64,000 nucleotides of DNA from Escherichia coli (GTDB taxonomy: Bacteria > Pseudomonadota > Gammaproteobacteria > Enterobacterales > Enterobacteriaceae). The translations under genes were made by a program, and so were the position numbers. The stretch is from NCBI RefSeq assembly GCF_022846255.1, contig NZ_AP025682.1; one strand, written 5' to 3'. This document shows positions 23,186 through 32,882 of the stretch, piece by piece (positions within the stretch are counted from its first letter, which is position 1; every line of letters starts with the position of its first letter). Below the pieces are notes generated by a model. It searched no databases and had not been told where the DNA came from. It worked only from the letters and a program-made list of their open reading frames with translations.

Positions 23186-23448
23186 GTTGCTTTTTTTAAT
23201 ATATCTCGCTCAAGGCGAGCTTCATTTAACGCCTTACGCAGTTGCAGAATTTCAGATTCCAGTTCAGCCAGCGTGCGGGAACCAGGAGTACCGAGCCCTT
23301 TTCTGGCGGCGGTAACCCATTGTCCTAAAGTGCCTTCAGGAAGAGATAATCGGGAAGCGCCTTCACTGCTCGAAAGTTGATTTTCAAGAACCATTCTGAC
23401 AGCTTCGGCTTTGAACTCTTTAGAGTAACGTTGGGTTTTTCTGCTCAT
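23186..23448 (-). pseudogene. IS3-family transposase OrfA, cut by IS30 just after the A-AAA-AAG frameshift heptamer
   Basis: MSRKTQRYSKEFKAEAVRMVLENQ...RDILKKAT; slippery AAAAAAAG about 5 nt from the IS30 end. Confidence 0.65.
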
Positions 23449-23985
23449 TATTAGCTCCTTCTGATGCCATTCTATTTCAGGAAGGAGTGTCCGTTAAACT
23501 CAGGCTACCTCACAACAGGGGACAGACAACGCACGGGATAAAAGGGACGTTTTCGTCAGAATGTTGTTCTGCCGGCGCTGCATGTTCTCCCCGTATTCTG
23601 GCCAGTGTGATGCCAGTGTAAATTCATGTCAAAAAGTGTCAGCGAGAAAATTTACACCTGAAAAAGTCGGTCGTAAAACTGTTTCATGGCGAAACATCAG
23701 GAAGTATGTCAGAAATGTGATCGCTATTGTGGTTTTACGGAAGAGCATAAGGCAAAAAACGGCGGGAAATTCATTGACATTCACGGAGGATAAACAGCAC
23801 CATTTTATTATCCAGCAAGAAAACCGTAATCCCCCTCTGAATCCGGACAAGGTTCGTACTGGCAACATAACCTGAAATGGCACTAATGGCCAGAGCTTAC
23901 TAATACATAATCCCTACAGGATGTAGCCACCAGTTTTGTTCATCCGGTATTCTGATTTGGTAACATGCTCCAGAAAGGAAGAAAT

Positions 23986-25218
23986 ATGTACTGCAATGAA
24001 TTAAAAGAATTTGCGCAAGAGCAGGAACAAAAACTTATCAGTGCGCTTGCTGATACCAGAGAGCACCCGTCCCCCGATGGTGAAACAAGAAGCCGGGATA
24101 ATTATCAACGGGATTACGCGCGTATTCTGTATTCATCATCATTTCGCAGGTTGCAGGGAAAGATGCAACTTTTTGAAATTGATCCTGAAAAATTCAACAG
24201 AAACAGATTAACGCACAGTCTTGAGGTTGCTCAGATCGCCCGAAGTATCGCGTCAGACCTCAAACTGGTTAACCCGGTGGTGGTTGAACTGGCAGCTCTG
24301 GCGCATGACATCGGAAATCCTCCTTTCGGTCATTCCGGTGAAAAACTGCTTAATGAACTGTCTGAAGAAATCGGCGGCTATGAAGGTAATGCACAGGCGC
24401 TACGTATCCTGAGAAAACTGGAGAAGAAATTTTCATACTGCAACGGATTAAATCTGACTCACCGTAGTTTACTTTCGGTTGTTAAGTATCCCGCCCCTCG
24501 CACTGCAACTACTGCCGGCAAGTTCATTTATGATGATGACTTTGATTTTTATACTAACCTGCTTGCTGAAAATCAGCTCGATCTGAATCCCGGAGAGAAA
24601 ACGATTGATGCACAGATAATGGATCTCGCGGATGAGATTGCCTACGCTGCGCATGACCTGGAAGATGCCCTTAGCAGGAACATGGTCACGATTGAAGATA
24701 TTGAATATGAGTTTCAGATTTCTGACGAATTCCGGGGAGCGAGGGAACAGTTCAGGGAAATCGTTACTCAGTCGAGAAACACCGCTTTTCAGGCTAACTT
24801 ACTGAAAACCTCAGAAGAATTTGCCATCATATTCCGCAAGGAGTTAACTTCAAATATTGTCAATCGCCTCGTTGCTGATATTTCTGTAGTAACGAACCTG
24901 AATGGTTTTCAGGAACTGGGATTCGGGAAACTGAATGCGTTATCCGAAGGGCTCAAAAAACTTCTCTTTAAAGTCATCATGCGAAAACGTAATATCCTCA
25001 CCTATGAGTTCAGGGGAAATAAAATAATCAGGGATTTATATGACTTTTACAATGAAGGAGAGAATTATAAATTTCTGCCTCCTGAACTTAAATTCACCTT
25101 ACCCCAACCAGATTCCTGTATATTTGAAATCAGCAAAAAACGAGCAGTGGTTGACTATATTTCAGGTATGATGGATACATTTGCAGTCAAGGAATGGGAA
25201 ACTCACTGTCTGAAGTAA
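23986..25218 (+). CDS. HD-domain dGTP triphosphohydrolase-family protein (Dgt-like); candidate nucleotide-depletion defence enzyme
   Basis: RLTHSLEVAQIARSIA and LAALAHDIGNPPFGHSGE HD motifs typical of dGTPases; ATG at 23986 with GGAAG RBS; low-GC cargo between IS remnants. Confidence 0.7.
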   Translation: MYCNELKEFAQEQEQKLISALADTREHPSPDGETRSRDNYQRDYARILYSSSFRRLQGKMQLFEIDPEKFNRNRLTHSLEVAQIARSIASDLKLVNPVVVELAALAHDIGNPPFGHSGEKLLNELSEEIGGYEGNAQALRILRKLEKKFSYCNGLNLTHRSLLSVVKYPAPRTATTAGKFIYDDDFDFYTNLLAENQLDLNPGEKTIDAQIMDLADEIAYAAHDLEDALSRNMVTIEDIEYEFQISDEFRGAREQFREIVTQSRNTAFQANLLKTSEEFAIIFRKELTSNIVNRLVADISVVTNLNGFQELGFGKLNALSEGLKKLLFKVIMRKRNILTYEFRGNKIIRDLYDFYNEGENYKFLPPELKFTLPQPDSCIFEISKKRAVVDYISGMMDTFAVKEWETHCLK

Positions 25219-25317
25219 CACTGTCGATTACCAGAGGCGCATATTTTCCCGTTATGGTTATTGCGCCTTTATTCCGTTTCGGTGACAGGTTATTTTAAAT
25301 ATTCTGGAAATGCGTTG

Positions 25318-25887
25318 ATGGGCAAGAACAATTACCCTGAAAATAAATACAGGAAATGGTTTTCCACAGCAATAACATATCTTATTACAGGTGGTTTGTG
25401 CTGGTATATGTTGTGGGCATCCGCTATATCTCATTATACTGTTTTACAAAATACGGTACCTGAATGGACAACATATTTTTGCACCGGTATAATCACCGGA
25501 TCTCTTTCTTTTATTTATGCATTTTATATCCGCACCTTTAACAGAACATTAAAGTATTTATTAAATGCATTCACGGGGGGATTTTGTCTTGGATTTATAC
25601 TGAGTCTGAACTGTTACGATGTCTGTGTTTATCTTTTTCCGGATAAGGTTATTAGCTATGAATCTGAATATGATGTTGTTTTTCCGGGACCATCAAGAGG
25701 AAAGTATGGACATTGTGAAGCGGGACTCTGGTTGAAAGATCAAAACACTTCCAGATGGATACAACTTTGTACAAATAAAGAGTTCCTGCGCAGTCACCAT
25801 AAACAGGGGATGACAGGTGTATGGGTAACAGCTCGTGTTAATAAAATTGGGTCGTATATCGTGAAATATGAATTTATCTATATGTAG
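25318..25887 (+). CDS. Small integral membrane protein (about 3 predicted TM helices), function unknown
   Basis: Hydrophobic segments WFSTAITYLITGGLCWYMLWASAI, TYFCTGIITGSLSFIYAFYI, LLNAFTGGFCLGFILSL; co-directional, about 100 bp after the dGTPase stop; start uncertain (TTG 25261 or ATG 25318). Confidence 0.45.
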   Translation: MGKNNYPENKYRKWFSTAITYLITGGLCWYMLWASAISHYTVLQNTVPEWTTYFCTGIITGSLSFIYAFYIRTFNRTLKYLLNAFTGGFCLGFILSLNCYDVCVYLFPDKVISYESEYDVVFPGPSRGKYGHCEAGLWLKDQNTSRWIQLCTNKEFLRSHHKQGMTGVWVTARVNKIGSYIVKYEFIYM

Positions 25888-26303
25888 GTAAAAGCTGACA
25901 TGTTTACCATGGATGAGTTGCTATATTTTTGCGCATACAGGAGTAATCGATTACTGGCTATACTAAAAATACAGAGAAAAGCTATCCCGGGATAAAGATT
26001 ACCAACTCACAGAGACAAGCCTTGCCTTATAAACAGATAAATATCATCAACACAGATTCAGAAGCTGAAGCAGTAAGCCATGGTAAACTGCCTGCTGCCA
26101 GTACAGATAAAACAATCAGTCTCGCTGACTGGCTCTTATCACTATCGTTATTTCATAACTCTACAGTATAACTCATTTATCTTTATTGCCATATATTAGC
26201 ATGAAGTCAGGCATTTTCATTCCCTGCCGATAATATATCAACTCCGGAGAAGTGTTTACTATATATTCCTTGATATTAATACAGATCAAAATATATATTG
26301 CTG

Positions 26304-26738
26304 TTATTCATAATCAGGACCAGATGATACTTCCTGAGATATAAGAAAATCATCAAGAGAACCTCCGGCTTTTATAGCCTCTGCTATGGCCTTAGGCCGA
26401 CGTCCTTGTCCATTCCAGTACATTCTTTTACCGTTATCGTCATACTCGTATTTATGCCCTCCTGACACACTTTTTCTGCCTGCCTGTGACTTTTTGCCAA
26501 ATTCACGATAAAAATCTTCCAGAGATATACCATGTTCATCCATGAGTGATTTGATAGCTTTCATATTTTCCTTTCGCTCATTACGTTGCTGAATAGCTAT
26601 GTCAAAGTTTTCCTTAACCTTATTTAAATCTTCATCAGACATTTCTATAACCAGTTTTTTAACAAAGTCAATACTCAGAAGTAATGCCCGGTAAGTAATG
26701 AACTCTTCATTTTCAAAAGGAATTTTCTTCTTACTCAT
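26304..26738 (-). CDS. H-NS-family nucleoid protein paralog
   Basis: 144 aa; C-terminus YEYDDNGKRMYWNGQGRRPKAIAEAIKAGGSLDDFLI matches the H-NS DNA-binding motif region (TWTGQGRTP...SLDDFLI). Confidence 0.75.
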   Translation of the reverse strand: MSKKKIPFENEEFITYRALLLSIDFVKKLVIEMSDEDLNKVKENFDIAIQQRNERKENMKAIKSLMDEHGISLEDFYREFGKKSQAGRKSVSGGHKYEYDDNGKRMYWNGQGRRPKAIAEAIKAGGSLDDFLISQEVSSGPDYE

Positions 26739-27631
26739 TTATTAACACTCAGCTTTTCATTCATTTATGGCAAATCCTATCAGGTGATTCACCATAAAAA
26801 TAATATGTGTATCACATTTTTCGGTACTTAATCGTCACTTCCTTTCCGAAGGAAAGGCCATCGCAGAAAGTAAGAGAACGTTCTTTGTATTTGATACTTA
26901 GCGAAATTGCGCCGGTCACTACTTGTCTGAGTCCATTCACTTTCGTTAATGTTAATGAGAAAAACCCGCAGTATGATGCGTAATTTCATCAAACTGATGA
27001 AATTCGGTAGCAATCATATATCTGGTGTAGCCTGCATATTCGCAGGAACACGAATATCGATTATACTAATGGACTAACAATCTTCAGCCTCTTCAAGAAG
27101 ATGTTATAAATACACACAGATACTGATTCTCATCCCTTTCAGGCCTGGAACACTATTTCTGCTTTTTAGCATCATCTGGTAGCAATACTTTCCAGGTATG
27201 TCGCCCCATTTTTGTTCGTCTCCATTTTTTTAAGAAGTGCTCAAGTGAAAAACTTTTTACCTCTCCGGGAGTTGTCGTATTTGCTGATATTGTTCGTTTG
27301 TTTAAAGAACCTACTGGTCTTGCCATTAATATTACCTGCTGATTGCTTCACGCCCGGACTCCTCGCACTGTGCGCGGGTTATTGTTTCGTTTTCAGCCCC
27401 GGGGTCGCCAAGGCTCTGGATGGGGTACTACTTCCATTGACAGCATGAGGTAACAATACTGATGGTAACGCTGACCATTAACCGTAAACCACAGGGCATT
27501 TTCAGTAAATCACCGGCAACGCCGCTGCAGGATAAAACGAACACTGCACATAACGTGAAGGCCAGGGAACGGATACCACAGTTGAACGATAAACAGAGCC
27601 CTGCTCTGCTGAAAAAACACCGTGGCGGCAT

Positions 27632-27973
27632 ATGACAAAACGCCAGCGTAAAAACCGTGAGCGTATTAATCGTCTTGTGGAACACTGGCCTGAGTTATTC
27701 AACCGGGAAAAACCCCAACCGCTTAAAGTTGAGATATCTGACGACCTGATACAGGATATCGCCATCAGAGAACTGGCGTTTAGCGCAGGTGCATTACGCG
27801 CGGCAGTAGCGTCTTATGTGCAGTCTCCGCGCTATTACCGTGCGTTAATGGCAGGTGGCGCCCGTTACGACCTGAAGGGGCAACCGTGCGGGGAGGTGAC
27901 ACCACATGAACAGAAAGAGGCAGAGACCCGTTTAATGATGCTGAATGACCGACGAAAAGCCAGAAAGCGTTGA
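27632..27973 (+). CDS. ProQ/FinO-domain RNA-binding protein paralog
   Basis: 113 aa; PLKVEISDDLIQDIA...LRAAVASYVQSPRYYRALMAGGARYDLKGQPCGEVTPHEQ parallels the ProQ N-terminal FinO domain. Confidence 0.7.
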   Translation: MTKRQRKNRERINRLVEHWPELFNREKPQPLKVEISDDLIQDIAIRELAFSAGALRAAVASYVQSPRYYRALMAGGARYDLKGQPCGEVTPHEQKEAETRLMMLNDRRKARKR

Positions 27974-27977
27974 TTCA

Positions 27978-28772
27978 CTAAGCTGTAATCAATGTACAGC
28001 GCTGTACCGGACGATGGGTAATGGCGGTCACAACCGGTAACCCCAGAGACAATGTGACTGTTTTTAACGCAACATACTGGCCGGATGTATCACCCCGGGC
28101 GACCTGAAAACACTTTTCCACCCGGCATTGTCCGCCAGCGCTTATCACCTGCCAGGTCTGTTGTAGTAAATCCACCAGTTGTGAACATTCTTCATCAACT
28201 GTCACACTGGCTCGCGGATGGCAAATGCTCGTCTGGCTGAGCAGCAACAGGCATCGCATTGTTGCTCCTCCATGTTGTTCCCGCAACCAGCGTAATACCA
28301 CCGGCGATGATGGACTGGCCGTGTGATTACGCTCAGTAATACGTTCGTGCACCTGTCGATAAAAGGAAGTACAGAATGCATAAATCTGTTGCCCGTTGAT
28401 ATTTCCTTCTGCCGAATGGAGTGTGAAGTGAAATGCCAGCAGATGTGGCCAGTGGTCCACCGCCTGCTGAATAAAACGCCGGATATCTCCCGGCTCTGAA
28501 AGTAAGGCTTCGGTTATTTGCACGGAATACGACTCCTTCAGACTCTGTTGAATTTTGTTAAGCCGGTGCAGACACACGGGAAAATACGCATCAACACCGG
28601 CACGATACGATACAAACACCAGTGACTGGTGATACGAATGGAATGACGAATACGTCAGAAAGGAATACCCCCCGCTGGCTGACAGGAGGGTATCAGCAGG
28701 AAGATGAACGGGAATGTCGCCAGCACCAGGGACAGGGCTGATTTCCACAATACCAGCGCCGGCATTTTGCAC
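27978..28772 (-). CDS. Hypothetical protein (non-ATG start in the ORF track; function unknown)
   Basis: 264-aa ORF downstream of the AlpA-like gene; no motif recognised; start is GTG in the track. Confidence 0.35.
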   Translation of the reverse strand: MQNAGAGIVEISPVPGAGDIPVHLPADTLLSASGGYSFLTYSSFHSYHQSLVFVSYRAGVDAYFPVCLHRLNKIQQSLKESYSVQITEALLSEPGDIRRFIQQAVDHWPHLLAFHFTLHSAEGNINGQQIYAFCTSFYRQVHERITERNHTASPSSPVVLRWLREQHGGATMRCLLLLSQTSICHPRASVTVDEECSQLVDLLQQTWQVISAGGQCRVEKCFQVARGDTSGQYVALKTVTLSLGLPVVTAITHRPVQRCTLITA

Positions 28773-28802
28773 ATCGCCAGCGTACCGGTATTACAACACG
28801 TT

Positions 28803-29036
28803 TCATGCAGCAGCTCCTCGTGACTCCTCGATTCGCTGCTGCATCCACTGCTCCACTTCGCTTTTGTACCAGCGGCTGCTGCGACCCAGTTTGATGGGTT
28901 TAGGAAAATGGCCTTCACTGATCAGCTTGTAAAACCATTTGTCAGTCATACCGGTGAAGCTGGTGATGTAGTTCATGTCGATCAGGGGATCGTCGGCACG
29001 CAGCAACACGCTGTCGTGGCTTATTGTTGTCAACAT
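28803..29036 (-). CDS. AlpA-family phage/island regulatory protein (HTH)
   Basis: DKWFYKLISEGHFPKPIKLGRSSRWYKSEVEQWM matches the AlpA/Phage_AlpA helix-turn-helix; start chosen at an internal Met. Confidence 0.65.
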   Translation of the reverse strand: MLTTISHDSVLLRADDPLIDMNYITSFTGMTDKWFYKLISEGHFPKPIKLGRSSRWYKSEVEQWMQQRIEESRGAAA

Positions 29037-29104
29037 GGTCAGAATGTCCTCTGTGAGATTTATGAAGGTTGGGCAAATGCGGGTGAATCTGCTGAACGGA
29101 GTTT

Positions 29105-29809
29105 TCAGAGCTGGCCTGCTACGGGATACCAAGGATTACCAGCGAGGCAACGGGCTTCCGGATCGCACACTCCACGGCGATCGCGGGCGAAATCACTGAA
29201 CGCCCATATCAACTCTTTGAGGATGTCTTCGCAGTCCGGTGAACGACTGTCCAGCAGCACATCCCGGGTGATCTGCTTCTGGTACGGTGCCGCTTCATCC
29301 GGTGACGCGAAGCCCAGTACGTTGCTCCAGGCATCCAGAATCAACCGATCCAGTTCAGGGCCATCGAAATGCTCCTGTCTGACGCACAGCACCACGTGGT
29401 ATTCCGGCTTTTCCGGATGACGGGTCAGGAGCCAGCAAAGGTCGCGTCCGGGTTTCGCATTCATCAGCGCACTGACGGTTTCGATAAAATCCATACCAAA
29501 CCAGGTCGTTCTGCTGTTGAAGGTATTGTCATATTCACACGGTAGACGAAGCAGGATCCGCCGTACCCGGGAGCAGGACTGTTCACGCAGCGCACGCTCA
29601 AGAACGCCGATGACTTTGCTCTGATAAGATGGCCAGAAGGGGGCAAGGCTATCGTCGAAATAAGGAATAGCATTCATAAGATATGCTCCGTTATGCGCAG
29701 CCCACAACGCGTCCTGCCCGTGAATGAGCTGACGTGTTATGGCTTGCGGATGAGATTGATGGAATAAGTGAAGAACTGAAGCAGAACGGGAAGATAAGGG
29801 ACAGAACAC
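29105..29809 (-). CDS. YagK/YfjJ-family (inovirus Gp2-like) protein, copy 1
   Basis: 234-aa ORF with GTG start; family assigned by resemblance to CP4-57/CP4-6 YfjJ/YagK proteins; conserved about 65-bp element upstream. Confidence 0.55.
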   Translation of the reverse strand: MFCPLSSRSASVLHLFHQSHPQAITRQLIHGQDALWAAHNGAYLMNAIPYFDDSLAPFWPSYQSKVIGVLERALREQSCSRVRRILLRLPCEYDNTFNSRTTWFGMDFIETVSALMNAKPGRDLCWLLTRHPEKPEYHVVLCVRQEHFDGPELDRLILDAWSNVLGFASPDEAAPYQKQITRDVLLDSRSPDCEDILKELIWAFSDFARDRRGVCDPEARCLAGNPWYPVAGQL

Positions 29810-29821
29810 CGGATACAGGTT

Positions 29822-29890
29822 CAGGATGAATGATCTCCGTTGACTTCAGTTCACATCATTAATCAATGCGGTAAGTTTTTACCGACGGAG
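29822..29890 (+). repeat. Conserved 5' element of YfjJ-family genes, copy A
   Basis: caggatgaatgatctccgttgacttcagttcacatcattaatcaatgcggtaag is about 80 percent identical to 35990-36058. Confidence 0.7.
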
Positions 29891-29923
29891 TGTTTCCAGG
29901 AGCGGAGGCTCAGGCCTTAAGCT

Positions 29924-30490
29924 TCAGAAGTGAGGCTTACGAGGACGCCCTGCAGCAGGACGTTCAGGAACTTCATTGCAGCCGTAGGCACACAGCCCGT
30001 CTTTTTGCTCTTCTTTCGCCAGATAATGCAGGGCACCGCGAATATTATCGATGCTTTCAGGATCGTTGTGGCGCACAGGAATGTTGATGTTGTATGTATA
30101 ATGCGGCTGATATGTACAGCGGTGTGCCGAACCGCTGTTATGCGTAATAGACCGCCAGCATTCCGTAATCCGCTCCGCAAAGGGATATATTTTTTTAACC
30201 CTCTGACGATCGATCCAGAAAACCGCATGCGCATGAAAACCATGATCAACCGTCCATTCAATCACCCAGAAGAAGCCAACGATATTTTCAAATTGTTCCA
30301 CCTGCTCCAGCAGCATACGCAACTGCAATTCAAGCCAGCGATGATCAGGTTGTAAGAAATCAGGCGTATCTTTCCTGTAGAAGAAATCCATGCGTAAGGC
30401 CCGCAGGCAGGAATAGCGTGCCATCATTTGATTGATGTGATTGTCAAGTAAAGCGGTAAAAAACCAGTTTGGTGTGTAAGATTTAGGCAT
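29924..30490 (-). CDS. YagK/YfjJ-family protein, copy 2
   Basis: 188 aa, ATG start; tandem with copy 1. Confidence 0.55.
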   Translation of the reverse strand: MPKSYTPNWFFTALLDNHINQMMARYSCLRALRMDFFYRKDTPDFLQPDHRWLELQLRMLLEQVEQFENIVGFFWVIEWTVDHGFHAHAVFWIDRQRVKKIYPFAERITECWRSITHNSGSAHRCTYQPHYTYNINIPVRHNDPESIDNIRGALHYLAKEEQKDGLCAYGCNEVPERPAAGRPRKPHF

Positions 30491-30499
30491 GTTGATGAC

Positions 30500-31690
30500 T
30501 CCTGAAAGTTAATGATGTTTTAAGCTCTGTGAGCGAATTAATGCTTTCGCTCATAATCAGATCTAAAACGGTAATAACTTACAGATGGTATTTATCAGGC
30601 ATGCTGTAGCAGAATGAATACGACGGGTTATTAACGATACGCAGCATTATGCAGAAAGAAATGGATTATCTGATGGTATTAACTAAAGAGATGAGATAAA
30701 CGAGGAGCGAATAAAATACAGAATCAATAAACATCACGAAATACTGTAAAATACGAGCTAAAACCCCACTAGCTGGAGGTTAAGAAACGCATTACGACCA
30801 GTCACATCATAAACTACAAACTTGCTCTCAGTGAGTCTGCAAAAACGTGTACAAGGCCAACACATATCTGTAATTATACACTCTCATTCAATCTGTTAAA
30901 AACAACTCATGTTCAAGATATGAACGTTAACGGGTACACGGTACCAGAATAAAATATACCATGGATGGATAATTTTCATTTTGTTTAACATACAAGATAA
31001 TCAGAAACGAACAAATATAATCAGAAATTCACTCTGTCAATACCATTGTTTATTCTGTTCTGTTAATTGTTACGGAATCATGGATACCTTATCAAAGAAT
31101 AAATACTCAGTTAATCAGTAATGACAAAAGAATTGATGTTCACCAGAACAGTTAGAAAACATCAGATAAACAATCATCGTTAAGTCAATACAGTTCATGA
31201 TGGATAAGATTAAAATCAATTACTGTTTTACTGAAGACTGAAAACAGATAGATATCAGTAATAGCGCAGTAGAGAATAACTTATCTGAACATCATATGAG
31301 TTACAGTAATTATGATTGAATGAAAGGGAAGTGGATATTGTGATAATGGTGACAAAAAAATATTAGAGAAGGACATGAGTGAATATAATTAGCTGAGGGT
31401 AAGAGTAATGGAATGTGTAGAGATAGAGATTATAAAAAAGAGAGCGAGTAAAGACAGGAAGTAAATAACAATAGAGATTGTATGAAAAAGGGAGTGAGTA
31501 TAATAATAGTAATAAACCTAAATTAAAATTATTCATGTTTTATGTATGGAAATAATTTTAGAAAATGAATCTGTTTGAAAACTCTTTCTCAGAGATTAAC
31601 CTATCAGATGCTCAACGAACTCAATTAATTGGATGTATTAATCGCGACTTGATCTGACACTGAACCTTGAAAGGTTGAGAGTTACCGGTT
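30500..31690 (+). other. About 1.2-kb ORF-free, AT-rich, strongly purine-skewed (A/G on the plus strand) tract upstream of YfjJ-family copy 2
   Basis: No ORF of 60 aa or more in the track on either strand; long runs such as agagagaaggacatgagtgaatataattagctgagggtaagagtaatgg. Confidence 0.6.
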
Positions 31691-31735
31691 TTGATATGGG
31701 TGTCGAATCCTTATACAAAACACGAGGTAACTATC

Positions 31736-32763
31736 ATGCTTCATACTACCAATCCCGTTATCAAACACAAAGCCGGTTTGCTCAATCTGGCTGAAGAACT
31801 CAGCAACGTATCAAAAGCCTGTAAAATCATGGGCGTTTCGCGTGATACGTTTTATCGTTACCACGAACTGGCCGATGAAAGCGGTGTGGATGCGCTGATT
31901 AATCGTAGTCGCCGGCTCCTAACCTTAAGAACCGTACCGATGAGGCAACTGAACAGGCTGTTGTTGATTACGCCGTCGCTTTCCCGGCACACGGTCAGCA
32001 CCGGACCAGCAACGAGCTGCGTAAACAGGGCGTTTTTATCTCCGGCAGTGGTGTCCGTTCTGCCTAGTTACGCCATAACCTTGAGAATTTCAAAAAACGT
32101 CTGAAAGCACTGGAAGAAAAAGTAGCCCGTGATGGCATTGAGCTAACTGACAGCCAGATCGCAGCACTGGAGCGTAAAGCCAGTGATGACGAGGTCTGTG
32201 GCGAAATCGAAACGGCTCATCCGGGATATCTGGGTTCGCAGGACACGTTCTATGTAGGCAACCTGAAAGGTGTCGGGCGTATTTATCAGCAGACGTTCGT
32301 TGATACGTACTCGAAAGTGGCTCACTGTAAGCTTTACGTCATCAAAACACCGATTACCGCGGCTGACTTACCGAATGATCGTGTACTGCCGTTTTATGCG
32401 TCTCAGGGCCTGCCGATGCTGAGAATACTGACCGACAGAGGCACAGAGTACTGTGGCAAAGTAGAGCAGCATGATTATCAGCTTTATCTGGCAATAAACG
32501 ATATAGAACACACGAAAACAAAGGCGATGTCCCCGCAGACCAACGGCATCTGCGAGCGGTTCCATAAAACAATCCTGAACGAATTTTATCAGGTAACGTT
32601 CCGTAAAAACTGTACGGCGATCTTGATACATTACAGTCGGATCTTGATGAATGACTGGCTCACTATAATAATGAGCGAACCCATCAGGGAAAAATGTGCA
32701 ATGGGCGGACGCCAATGGAAACGTTACTTGATGGAAAGCGCATCTGGGCCGAGAAAAATTTAA
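31736..32763 (+). pseudogene. IS481-family transposase, frameshifted/degenerate
   Basis: HTH N-terminus (KACKIMGVSRDTFYRYHE) and DDE core (LTDRGTEYCG...MSPQTNGICERFHKTILNEF) split over multiple frames. Confidence 0.6.
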
Positions 32764-32882
32764 GCCAGATGTAATCTGACAGATACCTGTATAAATAACC
32801 GGTAACTGTCAGATCAGGTCTGAGCTAATACAGCTTATTCATGCAAGGCCAGTGAACATAACTGACCTTGTTAATATATTTA

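Noticed and set aside
28908..29420. 170-aa plus-strand ORF
   Set aside because: Antisense to the AlpA-like and YfjJ-family genes; Ser/Arg-rich low-complexity product.
29822..29824. CTG at the position homologous to the ATG start of YfjJ-family copy 3
   Set aside because: Non-canonical initiation is unlikely; the in-frame GTG at 29809 is the more plausible start for copy 1.
30500..31690. Purine-rich ORF-free tract considered as a CRISPR array or retron msr/msd
   Set aside because: No regularly spaced direct repeats of constant length, and no cas or reverse-transcriptase gene nearby; retained only as an unexplained non-coding tract.
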